A stretch of 64,000 nucleotides of DNA from Paraphysomonas bandaiensis (GCA_965644295.1 CBFFRP010000363.1:558001-622000), one strand, 5' to 3'. Positions 14,653 to 31,485 are shown, counted from the stretch's first letter. Notes: a model not told the origin generated them from the sequence alone. Translations and numbers: made by a program.

Positions 14653-15057
14653 TATTTTGTATTTTCAATTTCAAAAAAGACTGTATAGTTATGCTGCCAC
14701 GCATGACGAGGAGTGGCCGTGTAGGTAGTGTACCAGTGAGGTGTATACAGCCCGCCCGTGTAGAGCGATGGAAGAACTCCAACTGCTGTGGTGTGTTGTG
14801 TTGTGGAATAAGCTCTGCAAGCACACTGCTGCGTACATACATCGAATACGCCAACTATCCATCTCACTGTGCTTCATCGGGTCACATTCGGGAACGAGAC
14901 ATTCGTACCGCAGTGCATTTTCGTGTAGTTGTGTTTATAATTGTCTCTGTTATTGGAGACATATACCTGCAGAGAAGAGGCCTCTCTGTTAACGTCATTG
15001 ACGCACTTTAGTTACGGAATACAGCAGTTGCACTGTTAGAGAACGAGAATATTCGAA

Positions 15058-15462
15058 ATGACAAGCTGTTTTTGGGGAAACGGTCGTAACTCGGACCCGT
15101 CGTGGATACCGACATCTCAGAATCGCCAGGCGGGACATTACTCGGCGCAATCTGTTCGATACGATGAAGATGACATGTCTATGGAGATGGACGTACAATC
15201 ACAAGCACAACCAGTGAACCACTTTTGTGGGAATTTTATTGGTGGTAGCCAGACCTCACCCGACACCAGCTTCGAATCGGGTTGTGTTTTTGTGCCCTCT
15301 TCTTCTAAAAGGAGAGAGCTTGAATGTGTAGACGAAGGGTCTAAATCAAAGAGACAGAGGACTATGCATGAGAATTGGTCGGATAATATTCACATTTTTC
15401 AGCCTCGAAATGAAATGCACGGATCTTTATTTGTTGGTTGCTCTGTGAAGGGCTCACTGTAG
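15058..15462 (+). CDS. Hypothetical protein, 134 aa, with a possible bipartite NLS
   Basis: ATG-initiated ORF with SKRRELECVDEGSKSKRQR; divergent from MER3; no family recognised. Confidence 0.5.
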   Translation: MTSCFWGNGRNSDPSWIPTSQNRQAGHYSAQSVRYDEDDMSMEMDVQSQAQPVNHFCGNFIGGSQTSPDTSFESGCVFVPSSSKRRELECVDEGSKSKRQRTMHENWSDNIHIFQPRNEMHGSLFVGCSVKGSL

Positions 15463-16146
15463 GGCCGCATTAGGCTCTGCGAGTACCCAAGGTACACTAC
15501 TGCGTCGTCGGTAAGATTCACGCCAGTTATGAAATATCTTTATGGTATACGTTGCAGCAAGTCGTGTGTAGTAATGCTTGTGCTGTAGCAGTGTGTATTT
15601 ATATCTGTTTGCTTGCCTAACTTAATAAATATCTATGATCTATGGTGATATGTGGGCAGAGATCTTGTAGCGTTTAAAACGTTTCATTTTTCAAAGGGAA
15701 CACTAATATACCAATTGTGAAGAAAAAAAGCGTGATAAGAAAATATACTTTGTTTCAACTATCATAGATTGGCAATGCTTTAAAATAGGTGTGTATTCAG
15801 AAGTTAAGATATCTTCATCGTCAGCCACAACCCAAGCTTCAGTAATTTTTCCCTTACTATTTCGTCATGTTTGATGTAGCACATATTATAAGCAAACAAC
15901 AACGAGTAAGCACCGAAATAGTTTCGCTAGCTTTGGCCTTTTTATGACAGGTCTACTTCCACCAAATAACAGCGAGAAAGTCCAGTCACCTTGGACTCAT
16001 TTATTACGTGCGCTAACAGTTTAAAACTACTAGTGTCCACCTTTATATCCTAAACTCAAAAAAGCATTCATCAACTTTAAAATGATTTCGAATATGTCCT
16101 CCACTAGCATTTATAGTCTGAAATAAAAATAGATTCAATGAACGCC

Positions 16147-18235
<2,089 letters not shown>

Positions 18236-18738
18236 GAGAATGCAATTGGCAAGTGTGTGCTGTCAGCAGTTGAATTAACTATTAAGTGACCCCAACACTG
18301 GACGGCAACATCCGGATCGCTCCCCACTCCAAAGTTACGATACAAATCGCACGATTTTTACACGCAAAATTTCAGGAAAAAAAAGCCGTATTGCAGGAGC
18401 AGCAGCTGCAAAAAACTACAAGAGAATACGGCCTTGTATGTACTACATAGAGGAGTGGAGTATAATACCGTATACCGGAAATAATACCAACGCAACGGAC
18501 AACACAAAAAAGACGGTCCGATAACAGAAAAAAAACTCTCATGTTTATGTATGCCACAGAGATATACATACATACATAGACATACATACATATACATTGA
18601 CATATACACACACCACAACACAGAACACTCATCGCTCCTTGATACTCATCTAATTACTAATTACATCCCACCCTGCTGCCGTTGTTGCCCAAGGGAGACT
18701 CCCATGTCATCATAAATGAACTAGCCCAAGTGTTAGTT

Positions 18739-19836
18739 ATGTTGAGGCTGTTATTTGGTTGTTATTTGTTGGTGCTTGCACACTCTATGTGTGACAATGG
18801 CTGTAGCGGACACGGCAGTTGTGATTGTGGACAATGTCAGTGCTATGATAACTGGGGTATTGGTAACTCTCATGAACCCGGAGATTGCTCGGATAGAATA
18901 TGCCCATTCGAGTTGTCTTGGATAGATGTACCCGACATCAATGGTGTCCGGCACAGGTACATGGAATGCGCAGGTAGAGGAATCTGCGATCGAGTGAGTG
19001 GAGAATGTCAATGTTTTGATGGATATGAAGGAAAGGGTTGCCAGAGAACAACATGTCCAAATGACTGCTCAGGTCATGGTCGGTGCCGATATATTGAAGA
19101 CTTCGCTTATGGAGCAGTGGAATTCGACTACCAACACTTCGAGTTCAAACAGGAGTTGTTAAAGTTTTATTACTTTGGTTGGGATGAAAGCAAAGTGAGA
19201 GGTTGTGTTTGTGACCCCGGTTATACTGAATACGATTGCTCGAAGCGTATTTGTCCGCATGGCAACGATGTCATGAGCTATAGAGACGATCTTTCGATTG
19301 CATTGAGATATCAAACTCAACGTATTCGATTCACTGCTAACACAGATAGTGGAGATGATTTGGATGACCTTGAAGGGAAAACGTTTGCCTTGACGTTCAA
19401 GTCTATACTAAATGAGACATTCACAACGCACCCGATATACTTTAACGCCAACGATTTGGATGGAATGCAGATTGCTGTTGAGAATCAACTCAAGAAGCTA
19501 CCCAATGAAGTAATAGAAAGCGTAAATGTAGCGGTATCGAAAGATGGTACGCCTGGTACCGAACTTATTATCACAATTCAGTTCGATGGAGATTATAACC
19601 AAGGCAAGCAGCACCTGATCACAGTGGAGGATTACTATTGCGGCGAAGGATGTTTTCCCCGCATGACAGGCATTGACCTGAAGCCTCTCACGGGTAATGT
19701 CACTGAAACTATCGAAGCGGATTACAACTCCTATGAGTGTGGTAGAAGAGGTAAATGTGACTATGAAACCGGACTCTGTAAGTGTTTTGAGGGCTATACG
19801 GGCGCGAGTTGTAATACACTGACGGCTCTGCGCTGA
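18739..19836 (+). CDS. Tubular mastigoneme protein of the Sig1/Ocm1 family (EGF-like, secreted)
   Basis: Signal peptide then CDNGCSGHG, DCSDRICP, HRYMECAGRGICDR, CQRTTCPNDCSGHG, CSKRICPHGND and terminal ECGRRGKCDYETGLCKCFEGYTG; layout of stramenopile mastigoneme proteins. Confidence 0.85.
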   Translation: MLRLLFGCYLLVLAHSMCDNGCSGHGSCDCGQCQCYDNWGIGNSHEPGDCSDRICPFELSWIDVPDINGVRHRYMECAGRGICDRVSGECQCFDGYEGKGCQRTTCPNDCSGHGRCRYIEDFAYGAVEFDYQHFEFKQELLKFYYFGWDESKVRGCVCDPGYTEYDCSKRICPHGNDVMSYRDDLSIALRYQTQRIRFTANTDSGDDLDDLEGKTFALTFKSILNETFTTHPIYFNANDLDGMQIAVENQLKKLPNEVIESVNVAVSKDGTPGTELIITIQFDGDYNQGKQHLITVEDYYCGEGCFPRMTGIDLKPLTGNVTETIEADYNSYECGRRGKCDYETGLCKCFEGYTGASCNTLTALR

Positions 19837-21272
19837 ACATGGAGAGTATTCCCAGTAGTTGATGTTTATTAAGTATTCTTGTAGTGATATCACCTGATGT
19901 AGTTGTGAAGCAGTAGTCGTGTATTTAATAACATTTATATATTACAATTAATACAAGACACACTGTTGTTGGTGTGTATTCTTCTTTCTCTTTGGTACTA
20001 TGTACTTCAAGCTTCAAGCTACTGTACTCTTCATGTAACGGTTGTAATATATAACCTTAAAAGTACATCTTTTAATTGCTTACAGACAAGTATAACTCAC
20101 AAATACCACTCTCAATTAATTAAAATTGCGATAGCCACTTCTAATCATACATTGCAATTTACCTCATTGACTGGGTCGAATCTATAATTTACAGTTTCAG
20201 ATAATCACGATATAATTCAGAAAGTTTAATTAATCTCATATAATACTCTTTAACTACAGTAGTAAATGTCTTAGTACTTGCAGTAGGCATTTAAGAGTCA
20301 CGACTCATTTAGTCATTTAACATTGCAATTTAAATAGCTAGTGCTTATCTATGATATCTACTATTTAACGCTACGAAAGATGCTTGTGTGTCGTGTGTCA
20401 CCACAAGCACCAAGGCGCAGCCACTTTTGTTCTTGAGTACGCATGGGAGCTCTCTACGGACGTAAAGTCCTTTGGTGTCATTCGTCACCAATGGTGGTAA
20501 TTTAAACCATAAAGTATGACATATAGTTGCTAAGGTTTAAGCAAGACATGCGGTACATGCTATCATATGATGTACAGTGATCTCTGCGCCATGAACTGAA
20601 CACTTGTCTAAACTGCTGAATGATCATGTTCAAAGTCAATCAATATTATATCATGTCGTAAGAGTACGATGTTATTTACAATCAAATGTCGTATTGCGAT
20701 CAGAACACGCTTTCACAGTGTCGAACATGTACACGAAATCACTTTTTTCTTGTTTCTACCTTTTGCTTATGTACTCTTATAATCGAATCTTCTGCACAGA
20801 GTAAAATTTGTGATTTATATTGTAATTATTCTAAATTTTAAATGATATAAACAGTTCCCATGAAACTATGGATCACAGCTAACATTTCTCTCCAGTCGCA
20901 GGGCAACAGCATTCCGAGTTCATAGAATTACGAACTACTAAATAATGGTCAAATTAATAGCACTAAACGATTATTCAATTGACATATCTAACACTTCATT
21001 TCGAATGGTAAGAATAACCCGAAATTTTTTCTCTAGAGAAGTGTTGTCCATACGAAGAAATTGTCAACCAGGTCAGCTTCTACATGCTTTTAGTTACTTC
21101 AATTTATGCTATGGATATATATGTTATCGTAAACATCAGCAAAGCTATATATCACATAAAGCAGCGAGAGAGAGAATACATTGCGTATATCAAGCCGTAT
21201 CGTATAATATATGAGTCGTACTTATTGATTATATCCCAAATTATAACGTGATATACCTCACTCACACTATAA

Positions 21273-24200
21273 CTACTCGACAATACTAATTCCAGCGGTG
21301 GATATGACTCTCTTGATCTGAAATTATCACGTGTAGCGTTATAAAATTCACATTAAACGAAATATTACCCACCTCTTCATCCAACTCTACCCAAGATTCC
21401 TTAAAAAGCGTGCCGTTGATAACCCTGCAGCAGCCATTAGCATATTATAACTAACTACGATACTGTTCACACCTGCGAGCCATGTCTAACTTTGGTTCTT
21501 TATGTAATGGATTGTTGCATAGGTCAATTGTCTTTGCCTAAACAAAAAAGACAAGCGTAAAATAATAGAACTAGAACTAATGTATCAATCTCATTCGTGT
21601 ACAGCAGTACTATAAAAGCGTACCTTCTTTTTAGACTTCTCTGAGCACCACGTCTCGCACCACAGCCATTCCTGTGGCAAAGAGTGAATGGGTACCACAT
21701 GCTGGGCGTAGTTAGGTAGGTCTTGGTCAAGATTTGCCAGACTGTTAGGGTCCTTGGCGAGAGAGTCGTAGACAGCGCGGAGCTTATCGCCGATAGCCTG
21801 TTGACGAAACACCTGGAGATCTACAACATAGAGTGCGCTAATATGGTATGGTTTGCCCCGCAGGTGATCCGCCCTAAACTCCACACATTGCACATTAGAC
21901 ATGAACAACTGATGATAGGTATTGATATCCATATATTTGAACTTGATTACACATGGTATAGTCAGTCACATCAAGAAACGAAAAAAAAGAACATCAATAC
22001 ACGGTCCCAGAAAAAATAATACTAACATACCAGTATCCCTGTCTCCAGAATTGGAAACCTAAAGTCTCTTGTCTCGAGTCGCAGAAAGGGGTATACGCAT
22101 AGGGCTTGCCTTGAAGATCCATATTCCACAATTCTTTCAGGTCTGATCGCACTACCTGGTCGGCATCCACGTAAATGACCTTCTTCACATCAAGAGGAAA
22201 TAGCACATCTAAGAAAAGGATTTTATATCCCCAAATAATGCGTTGCTTCTCTGTCTGTTGCGTGAGCCATTCCGGCCACTTGTAAGTGACATACCCCACA
22301 GTAAACCCATACTCTTTGCACATTGCGTCCACAGTCTGCTTAAACGAAGGAGAGAGGTAGTATTCGAACAGCCAAAACTTCACAGGTGCGCTGGTGCGCT
22401 TGACAACAGAGAGCATCATAATACGGAGGAGACGCTCGTACACCTGTCCCGTTGCCAGAGAAAATACATGAATGGTGCTGTCATCGTCTCCAGAGGTTGT
22501 AACGGCAGCGGATTTCTTTCCAAATATTCCGGAGAACGAGTCCCACATACCTCCAGACTTAGCTTGCGGCTCATCACTCTCGGCGTCATCTAATAATGAC
22601 ATATGCTCCATGCCAGGCTTTTTAGAAACATACAAATGCATCACTGAGTCCGCAAATGAGCGTACAGCTATAGATACACCAAATTCAGAGACAGCTCCAC
22701 TACTGCCATCGATAGTGTAGAGTGCAGCGGCCCGTCCATCGGCAAGGTTCAGCGCAAACAGTCCAGGGTTGGCGTGTAGTTGGAAATAACCAAGATTTTG
22801 CATCACCAGCGTATCAGAAAACTTCGTAACACCATTCTCTCCGCGTGTATTGAGGACTAGTTGCAGGCCATTTGGTGGGGTGGGGTTGGTGTTAATGTTC
22901 TCAAAACACTGGCCGGCGATCAAAAGGTTCTTAATTTTATAAGATACTGCGGTATTTTCACTTCCTGTGATATCACCACACATCCTACTGTCACACTTTA
23001 AGTTGTCAATATCCTGAACAGCACGATATGATTGCACATTCCACGCCTCTGGTGAATCGATGCGAACAGTAAGGGTGTGTTGCTTTGGTAGGTTCTTGAA
23101 CTGGGCAGTAGGAGATGTTGGATTAGACACAAATCGGAAGAAATTTTGCAAAGGAAACTCGGTTATTTCCATTTCTGGAGATAGAATAACAATTTGAGGC
23201 AGCCTGAGTTGGTTTTGAATAAACTGAATCAGAGTCGCTGCCCGCTGTCCGGCCCTGGAAAGAGGATCAAATACAAACACCAGAGAGACATCAGAGTCAC
23301 TGCTATTTTCATCGCTGTCACTAACTTCAGACAGAATGCTCTGAGCTGCTGAAGAGATATCTGCCAGCGGTGGGATCGAAAGCATGTGAGACGGTAAATC
23401 GTCCAAATCGTAACCTCCCGACTCTTTGATAATTTCGAGAACATCCATTCTGCTATATCCTGATGACGTAGCATATCTACCGCAGAAGCCACTCAGTGCA
23501 AGATATTGCTCACCGGTGTAAGGTAATTTAACATCTTCGTTGGTAATGTATTCGTTAGCACGTAAAAGGGCTGCTAGTTTTGCTCCCATTCTTGTTTCCT
23601 CAACACCGGCCAGAAGTGGCAAATCAAGCTCATGTAGTGGACTTTGATCAGACGGCACCACCAAGACACGAGCATTGTACACAATAATGGAATTGTCAGA
23701 ATTCGCACTATCACCCAACGCAGCTAGTGATTCAAATGACGCACTAATGATAGATAACTTTCGTAATATTTCTTTCGTTTCCGCAGAAGAAGTCAGTAGC
23801 TCACCACTGTCACTCAATATTGTACTCACAACTCTTGACACAGAGGGGTTCTTGGGAAATGACAGCTCCATCGCCCGGACACAATCCTCCACGGGATCAG
23901 CGACAATGAATTTTTCAAGCAATAGCTTAAAAGCGCGAGCATCCTGCAGGGTTTGCATTTGCGATGAGGATAAGAATGCGGCCAGAACTGCAAGCATATC
24001 ACTCGAGCTAGTACTTGGTGATGCAGGCAACGTTGGAATAAAGGAAACGCGGTGAGAATACATAAAACTCGAATCTGCAGCGCAGGTTGCATCGCCATCA
24101 GAGGCTTCCTGAATATTCGACAGCAGCCATTCCAATACCGCAACCGCTGACCGCATTCCGTGTACAGTCACAGGAAACCGAACTAACGTAGTGTTGTATA

Positions 24201-26670
24201 TCCCACCATCATGTACCTCTCCACAGACACCAGCATCAACTCCGCCACCATTGTGGAAAAATGGCGTGTCACGAATTAATTTCGAAAACTCAGGTAACGT
24301 GGTATCCATGTAATCAGGAGTTACCTCATCAACCAGAGCGTGAAACCGGGGATATGTGACAGAATTCTCAAGTATAGCATTATATATTGACTTTGTTTTG
24401 TCCGTAATTTTTCCCTTGCGTACCATCTGAGAGAGAATATACTGCTCGCGCCCTAGAAGCTGCATAATTCCGCTTGAAATGTCATATGACGGCCGTACAA
24501 TCCCGTTTAGGGCATACGAGTTGGCTGGTAGTCCTCTATGAGTGCAGTACTGTGTCGAGTTTGCAACAAAATCCGACTGAAGCCTCTTCGATAAAATATC
24601 CTTCGCGTCCTGTGAGTATTTATCCTTCTGAGTCCAGCTCTTTTGTACCTGCGAGACCACGCTAGTATAAATATCAATTGCCTGATCCACAGACAGCAAC
24701 CGGGCTTGTAACGCATCAGGTGATGTGGCAATTGCTGTTGGGTCAACTGCACTTCCGGTAGGAGAAAATAGATCCTCCGCCATTGTTTCTATGTGATTGG
24801 CTAAGGTTGTGAGGAACTTCACTCCCGCATGAGGTCCATACATTTCTTTTATATGAGAGAAGAGCCGACACGCATCTTCACTTCCCGCACTACCATCTGT
24901 TCCCGCAGCAGTATTTTGACAAGCCAGTGCGATACCAATACGTATAGGATACTGCTGTTGATACATTCCCTGCAGTTGAGAGATCATAGATGCTCCAGCG
25001 GCAGATACTGGATCCACCACAGCAACTAGAGTGTAGAGGTTCCGTTGTACGGCATGAAGATTCCAGGCCGGTTGCAGCAGCTGTTTAACTGTTTTTGGCA
25101 ACCGCTTGTACTGTGGGTCTTTCTCTAGGTTATTTAGAAAGGAAATGACATGTTTCCCTCCTTTACTCACATCCACACGAGTAATAGGTGGCATGCCACC
25201 GCGTGTCCGCTGTCCAGAGAGGCCTGCAGCAATACTCAGGAGTTCTCTCTTCACATCACTGTCCACACCCTGGGAGTGTAGGTATCCCAGAGATTTTATC
25301 TCTCGTTGAATGTGTCCGATGAGACTGAAAAGGTTGAAGGTCGAGCCCGCAAGATCCAATCGTATCCCATTTACGAACAAGCTATTCGATGGAATGAGTC
25401 CGGCGACGTTACCATACCACCGCTGCAGCTCTTTCTGTAGAGCAGGTCTAACTCGAGAAGATGACAACGAAGAAGCATGTTTCGGGAAGTTGAGCAGGAT
25501 GTCATTCATGCTGCGCACAGGGTCGGAAGACGAGGTTATAGCGTAGGCAGTCTGAAGACCAAGGTCTAGCATCTTCCACATCTGCATACAAATTCAGCAT
25601 ATTCGCAAAAAAATCGCTCATGCCCATTATGTAATAATTTTAAAACAGAATGTATTCCTTACGTATTCAATGCAATACTGAAAACGGATAGGCACGCGCG
25701 TGGTTGTATTTACCTTCATTTCTGTGCCTCCTTCGTCACTGTTTATTAGTTGTTCACGTAGTATACCGAGCTCTTGAGATAGCTGTGGTTTGCGCTCGTG
25801 CAGCGTTGAGAAAACCAGTCCTGCAACCTCCTCGCCTTCTTCAAAGTTCACCTCACCCGCTCCTTTATCCGCCAGAGAGGCAGCTTCTTCACTGCTGGAA
25901 CTGTCGTCAACATTGCGGTACTCCATGTTCTTTATGTCCAGGTAGACTCCGTAGCCCTGAATACTACGATGGGTAGATATAACGGGCACCCCTGGAAAGG
26001 CTGGCCGGTATATGTAGCGTACAGTCCGTGCCTTGGCAAGCGGCTGAAGGGCAGAATGCAACCCACAGAATGAAGTAGTGCCAGCTATACCATGCAAAAC
26101 ATACACAGGGGCCGAAGATTCTGACACAGTGCCAGTAGTATACTCATAATCCCAAGACGCGAAATGTCCATCATCCTGCTCCAAAGATTCCTCCACAGGG
26201 GTTATACGGGATGGAACACTACAGAGAATATTTCCACCAGGATAGGATACAATATAAGCATTCCCGTGTCCACAAGGAGCGCCATGCCCCTCAGAGATTG
26301 TAGCGAAGAACTGAGTCACAGGGGCAAACATACCAATGCTGTTAGACGCCGACATAATCGCATGCATATTAGCAGGCAAAACATCTGTGGCAATTGATTT
26401 GACTAATTCAGTTATATCGGCTATAAGTGACTCGTTATGAGAGAGCAGCGCCGCTTCAATAACAGATGAACGATCAGCATCACATGAAGCATCCGCATAC
26501 AGCCAGAATACATCTCTGTCGTACTGGTTCAAGAATTCCCCCATCTCAACCACTGGATCCGTCGTGTGGACACTCCATGGGGCCTGTAGATCGACCTGTA
26601 CAGTCCTGCTGCTCACACAGGCAGCTAGTGCCGTTAATAAACACACAGCAAGAGAGAGACTAACACGCAT
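21273..26670 (-). CDS. UGGT: UDP-glucose:glycoprotein glucosyltransferase (GT24)
   Basis: Signal peptide; [97 protein letters not shown]. Confidence 0.96.
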
Positions 26671-28334
26671 TCAGATTACTATCAGACTCACAGCTCAATG
26701 AATGGGTGACTGGTGTTCAATGTGGTGCTGTAGATTATCTGCACACCTCTCCACTGATACTGCTGGACTCTGCTGTACTATACTATACTCCTCGTACACT
26801 ATACGCACTGTACCATACCATACTATACTATACTATACCATACTCTGTGTGATGTTCCATACACGTGACGATGAGGTACAGTGCAATACTATACTATACT
26901 ACGGTATACTCAGCACGGAATACATTGTAGGCCATATTATACATACAGCAGCAGTATCTTCCACATACAGTGCTGCGTGTGTGGCAATTCTAGAAAACAT
27001 CTGCGCCCACTGCTGCAACTCCGGCCCAACTGCTGCACTCCTACTCGAAGGAATGCCTGTAGCTGGTAGTGGAAAAGATGTGCCATAAATATGAAGAAAC
27101 CTCATTGCCTGTACGCTCTGCTGTCGGTCTGAAAGTGAGTAAAGGTGGCAGTAGAGAAAATATTTTCGACATTCAACTTGAGGTACATCCAAGTTACCGT
27201 CAAAAAGAATAGCGAAGACAAGACATTCTAATGGCACAACATGAATACGTTTCTTCTCGATATCTACATCTAGATATCTCCATTCGAACTGCAGACGATC
27301 AAAACTGTGGGTTTACATGCGAACAAGGAGCAGGCATTTGAAGGAGCAACTATAGAGAAGATAAGTCTCACTTAGGAGGTGGCGAAAATGAAGCACTTAC
27401 AATGTAAGATCACTCAAACATATCAACTCACTTCATGGTGCACTGTATACATACCTTTGTACATAAAATACAAGTGAAGCAAAAGTCTAATATTTGATTG
27501 ATGTACTAAAAACGTACACATATTTAGTGTATTTGCCATGACGAAGAATGAACAGTAAGTGATATATGTGATGAAAGGCCGAAATAATATTACTAGTATC
27601 AATTATATGAAAACGATTTCATCGTGGAAAGATATGATGCAACCTTCAAACTTCAAACACATTTTCGAAGCATAAACTTTGGGGATGCAATGACCCGGAA
27701 CGTACGGGAATACACTGACTAAGTGCATGTCCAATCAGTGCAGTTGTATACAGTTATGCTGACAGACTCTTAGCGTATAGTTGTATTAAATATTATATTG
27801 ATAGTTGATACTTTGCATCAGATAAAGTACCTAATATTGATTATGATAGTTTACTGGTTGCTAATAACTCACTACTCTCCGCTACTAATGAAAAGGAATT
27901 CGAAGCGTTCAACACTATAGACGAGCTGTCCACGGTAGAAAGCACATATAATGCATTTCTGCTGTTGCTTTAATACAGTAGAACAATTGTACAAATATGT
28001 ACCATCTACATAAGCAATATTACTTCCTTGTTGTATTATCTTGAAACATCATAGTTTATAATTTATACTATATTTTGAGAAAGAACTTTCGTAATAGGAC
28101 ATATTAATATTCTCAATGCTGAAAGTACCCAGTGATCTATGATAACAATATGTGGTGTCAAATATGACTTCTCTATTGAAACCCACGAAGCACTACTTTT
28201 CGGCACCGTCCAAGTCGGGAAAGGACCTAAGCTAGAGTGAGAAAAGATATTCTGATGATGTGTCGAAATATCAACCTCATAGCGGTTTTCATAGCGCTGA
28301 AACCCTGAAAATATCAGTGAAATATATTGGGTGA

Positions 28335-28781
28335 TCAAACACCATTTAAAAAATTATACAAGCTCAGCCGCTCAATAATATACAATATTTGACCGTTGTC
28401 GAGAAAAGTCTGAGGCTTAAATCCTGCTTTTAAGACCCAGTTATGCATATGTGGAAAACTAGAGCCTGTAGTTATCGAAACATATCGTAGACGCATGGTT
28501 GCCATGGCATGTCTAAGTAATGCCTTAAACACCCCATTTCCCCTCTCTGAGGGCAAAACTCCAGTCAGCCAAATATGTTCTGTGATAACACCATTTCCAA
28601 CATCGCGGTGATAAAGACTAAGAAACCCTTTATCTTTCACAGTGAACACCCTGCCAGAAGAGGCTTCACTCAGTCTGGATTGCCACAACTCTCGACTTCC
28701 ATATTTCTCGCTCACCCCAAACACGAGCGTATTTAATGCTAGGCCTTCTTCAATATCCCCTTCGTCAATGGTCTCATCCAT
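28335..28781 (-). CDS. GNAT-family N-acetyltransferase
   Basis: HIWLTGVLPSERGNGVFKALL acetyl-CoA binding motif A; 148 aa; KAGF near the C-terminus. Confidence 0.7.
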   Translation of the reverse strand: MDETIDEGDIEEGLALNTLVFGVSEKYGSRELWQSRLSEASSGRVFTVKDKGFLSLYHRDVGNGVITEHIWLTGVLPSERGNGVFKALLRHAMATMRLRYVSITTGSSFPHMHNWVLKAGFKPQTFLDNGQILYIIERLSLYNFLNGV

Positions 28782-31117
28782 GTCTAGATGTCACCTCATA
28801 TATCTACATATCGTCTGAGTACTTCAGTACTCAGTGTATAGTCGACGTGCAGTTGCTGTCGACCAGTACACCCTACAACAGTATACGGTACCGGTATACC
28901 AGTCAATGGATACTATGGGATGGCATGACTACAGTGATATCCAGACATGAATAGCTACTTGAGCAGGGTGATTCCTATGAGCTCATTGGTTTTGAGCATT
29001 GACTTGCGTTACCATTTGATTGCGTTGGTTTTAACGCAGTGGAGAGTCAGCTCAGAGTCTGTGCATTTCGGGAGTTCAACTGACAAAGAAACCGCGAATA
29101 TGCCTCGACTGAGATGAGTAAATGCTAGTTAACCACTTCACACAGAGAGAGGGGGAGGAAATGGACGATGATGCCGCTGAGGCATTCTTCCTGAGCGAGA
29201 ATAGTTCCTTATAAGGCGGCCCTAAGTCATCTTTTACAGTCAGTTGGTTTGATCATAGCTCAAAGTTAAGTAGTGTGTTGAACAACCGTTTACTGTATAC
29301 AGCAGTAGGCAGGAGTTCAGGTAGATAGACAGGCTCTTCTAACTCTATCCCTAATCAATATACGTTATAAAATTATTGGCACTCGAAACAAACTGGAATT
29401 ACAACAATATGAATTACGATGGTGTGTTATCTCTTTGCGAGATGAAACTTGCGCAGCTCATATTCCACACGCTGATGTTTCGTGTGGTGGGAAAGTGTAT
29501 GATTTGGGTAAAAATTGTCGTCCTACTGTTGACTCTTTGCGCCTGGCTGGTGAGCACAAGCAAAGAAGTCCAATGGTGAGAGTTGTTAATTGCGCACCAC
29601 TCGTTTCCAAAGTATTTTACATTGAAGCGTTCTCTATTGTGCGTGACTATATTCATATTATGGGAACGGGATACTGTTCAAGGCATCAATTATGATCTTT
29701 TTGAAAACCGATTTGTCATTTCTGCACTGTCTGTCGAGGATATAGTTATCTCGCCATTGGAAAGGATGAGAATGAGTCAAACAAAGGAAAAGAGAAATTG
29801 GTGAAGATGAGGATACGGAAAAAACTAGAGGGTTGCAGTGGTTTTATCCGAAATTTGAAGAGCACTGTCCGAAACATTCTCAAGGATCTTGATGATGATT
29901 GCACAGATATGCTGAATCTTCGAAAAATCTTTGCAAATTTGAGAAGTAGTTGCTGGCGTGTCGAATATGCGAGTTCTGTAATATGGACAAAACATGAACG
30001 AATTTAAATCTTTGTGGGAAAAAAGCCCTTGGTACTGTCAAGGAGTACCGGTTGGATGGAATTATTCCAAGGAAAAATGGTTAGTCGCTATGTGGTTATT
30101 CGTGCTTGAATGCCCTGAAAGAGTGTGAACGTGCGATGATTTCGTTCGAGTTGCTTGTTTCACAACAATGGAATAGAATGGTTTTAATGAAAATGATTTG
30201 TTGATTTGCTATGCCCTGTAATTGTAGTATTATACTTAAAGGTCAGCCGTCAGTTACATTTCGAGGGTCGGCGATGGTGTCAAAGAGCTCTATGTATATA
30301 ATACATATTATGTGTGTGATGATGCTACTTCATGTAATAATTCATTCATACTAAAATTAAGGAATGAAAATACAGAAAATAAATTTGAGGATAAATATAC
30401 CCATACATACTCTATTCTCCCAAAAATTGGAAATGATAGATGTTTTCTTGTTCTCCCTATGTACGGAAACAATAGATGTTACACTGATAAAGAGATGTAC
30501 TTAAGTTTGACCCGGCTTTTTACGAAAAAATTAATCATTACTATATTTACCAAAAGACAAGATCATAATTCTTAGGCGCAAACCTAACCCCAATAGTAAC
30601 TATTTTTCGAAGACTTCTCCGGCTCTAGTGTAAGTGACGTAACCCTAATATTAATGCAGCTTGACTTTTATACAGCAATACAATGATCTTCAAGTGTGCT
30701 ATTTTCTAAAAGGAATACAGCACTATTTCTATATATCACTGCATTGCAACAACTGCAATGCATTTTTATGTGATCATTTCTATGACTATCAAAATACTGG
30801 CTCCAACTGCCCTGTACCCCTTCTGCCGCATTGCTCCACAGTGCCAAATGTTACGGACCTTTCCACTCCTGACCCGTCTGATTCCCAATCCTCTCGTTTT
30901 AATTCAATACGATCACCTCTCATATATCCGCTTGATACGGAGTCCTATCTTGTGCTACCGTTTCGTTCGGGTATAAACATCGTGGTTGTAAAGGACGGTA
31001 TTGTAGCCGGCTCTGTGTTTAACCAAAATCGCGGCTTAGTTAACTTCCATGACGATTGGATCGCCATCATTTCTACTTGGAGTATTTGGGAAACTGCGTG
31101 GTCCTGGCTAATGGTCT

Positions 31118-31485
31118 CTCAACAAAGTCGGACTCGCACCTTTTCGTGGTGTTCTGGGGGATAAGTACCGGAGATTTTTCTCCGAGAAACTACCGTGAGC
31201 CGCATATATAGTCAGCAGACATTCTTCTGCCCACTCATAGCCAAATGCTTGTGTGGTACAAGGGACACAAATAAGTGTCACTTGTGTAGAAGACGTCGTT
31301 GGGCCCTGACGAATAAACAGGCATCTAGGCATGATAACCTGAAGGGTAACCGGAGTATTGGGCTGCCTGCTGAAGTCAAGCATCCGGGCTGGTCACCTTA
31401 CGAACTCAAAAATTCTGGTAGGTATATCAGCAGATATGGTAGGTATATCGAAATTCTGCTTTCTCATTGCGTTTGCTTTGAGTAA
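31118..31485 (+). repeat. Dispersed repeat family B, copy 1
   Basis: Starts ctcaacaaagtcggactcgcaccttttcgtgg; near-identical to 38919 onward and inverted to 32445-32829. Confidence 0.88.

Noticed and set aside
26702-27420. Possible small gene divergent from UGGT
   Set aside because: No consistent spliced frame or recognisable domain could be built.
29376-30007. Fragmentary ORFs, possible gene or transposon relic
   Set aside because: Interrupted frames and no motif I can assign.
31300-31325. Hammerhead ribozyme core (CTGACGA) in repeat family B
   Set aside because: Followed by ATAAAC or GTAAAC rather than stem II plus GAAA; flanking stems not found.
31195-31485. Recurrent small ORFs in families A and B treated as genes
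   Set aside because: Frames and stops differ among copies; they reflect the repeats, not conserved proteins.
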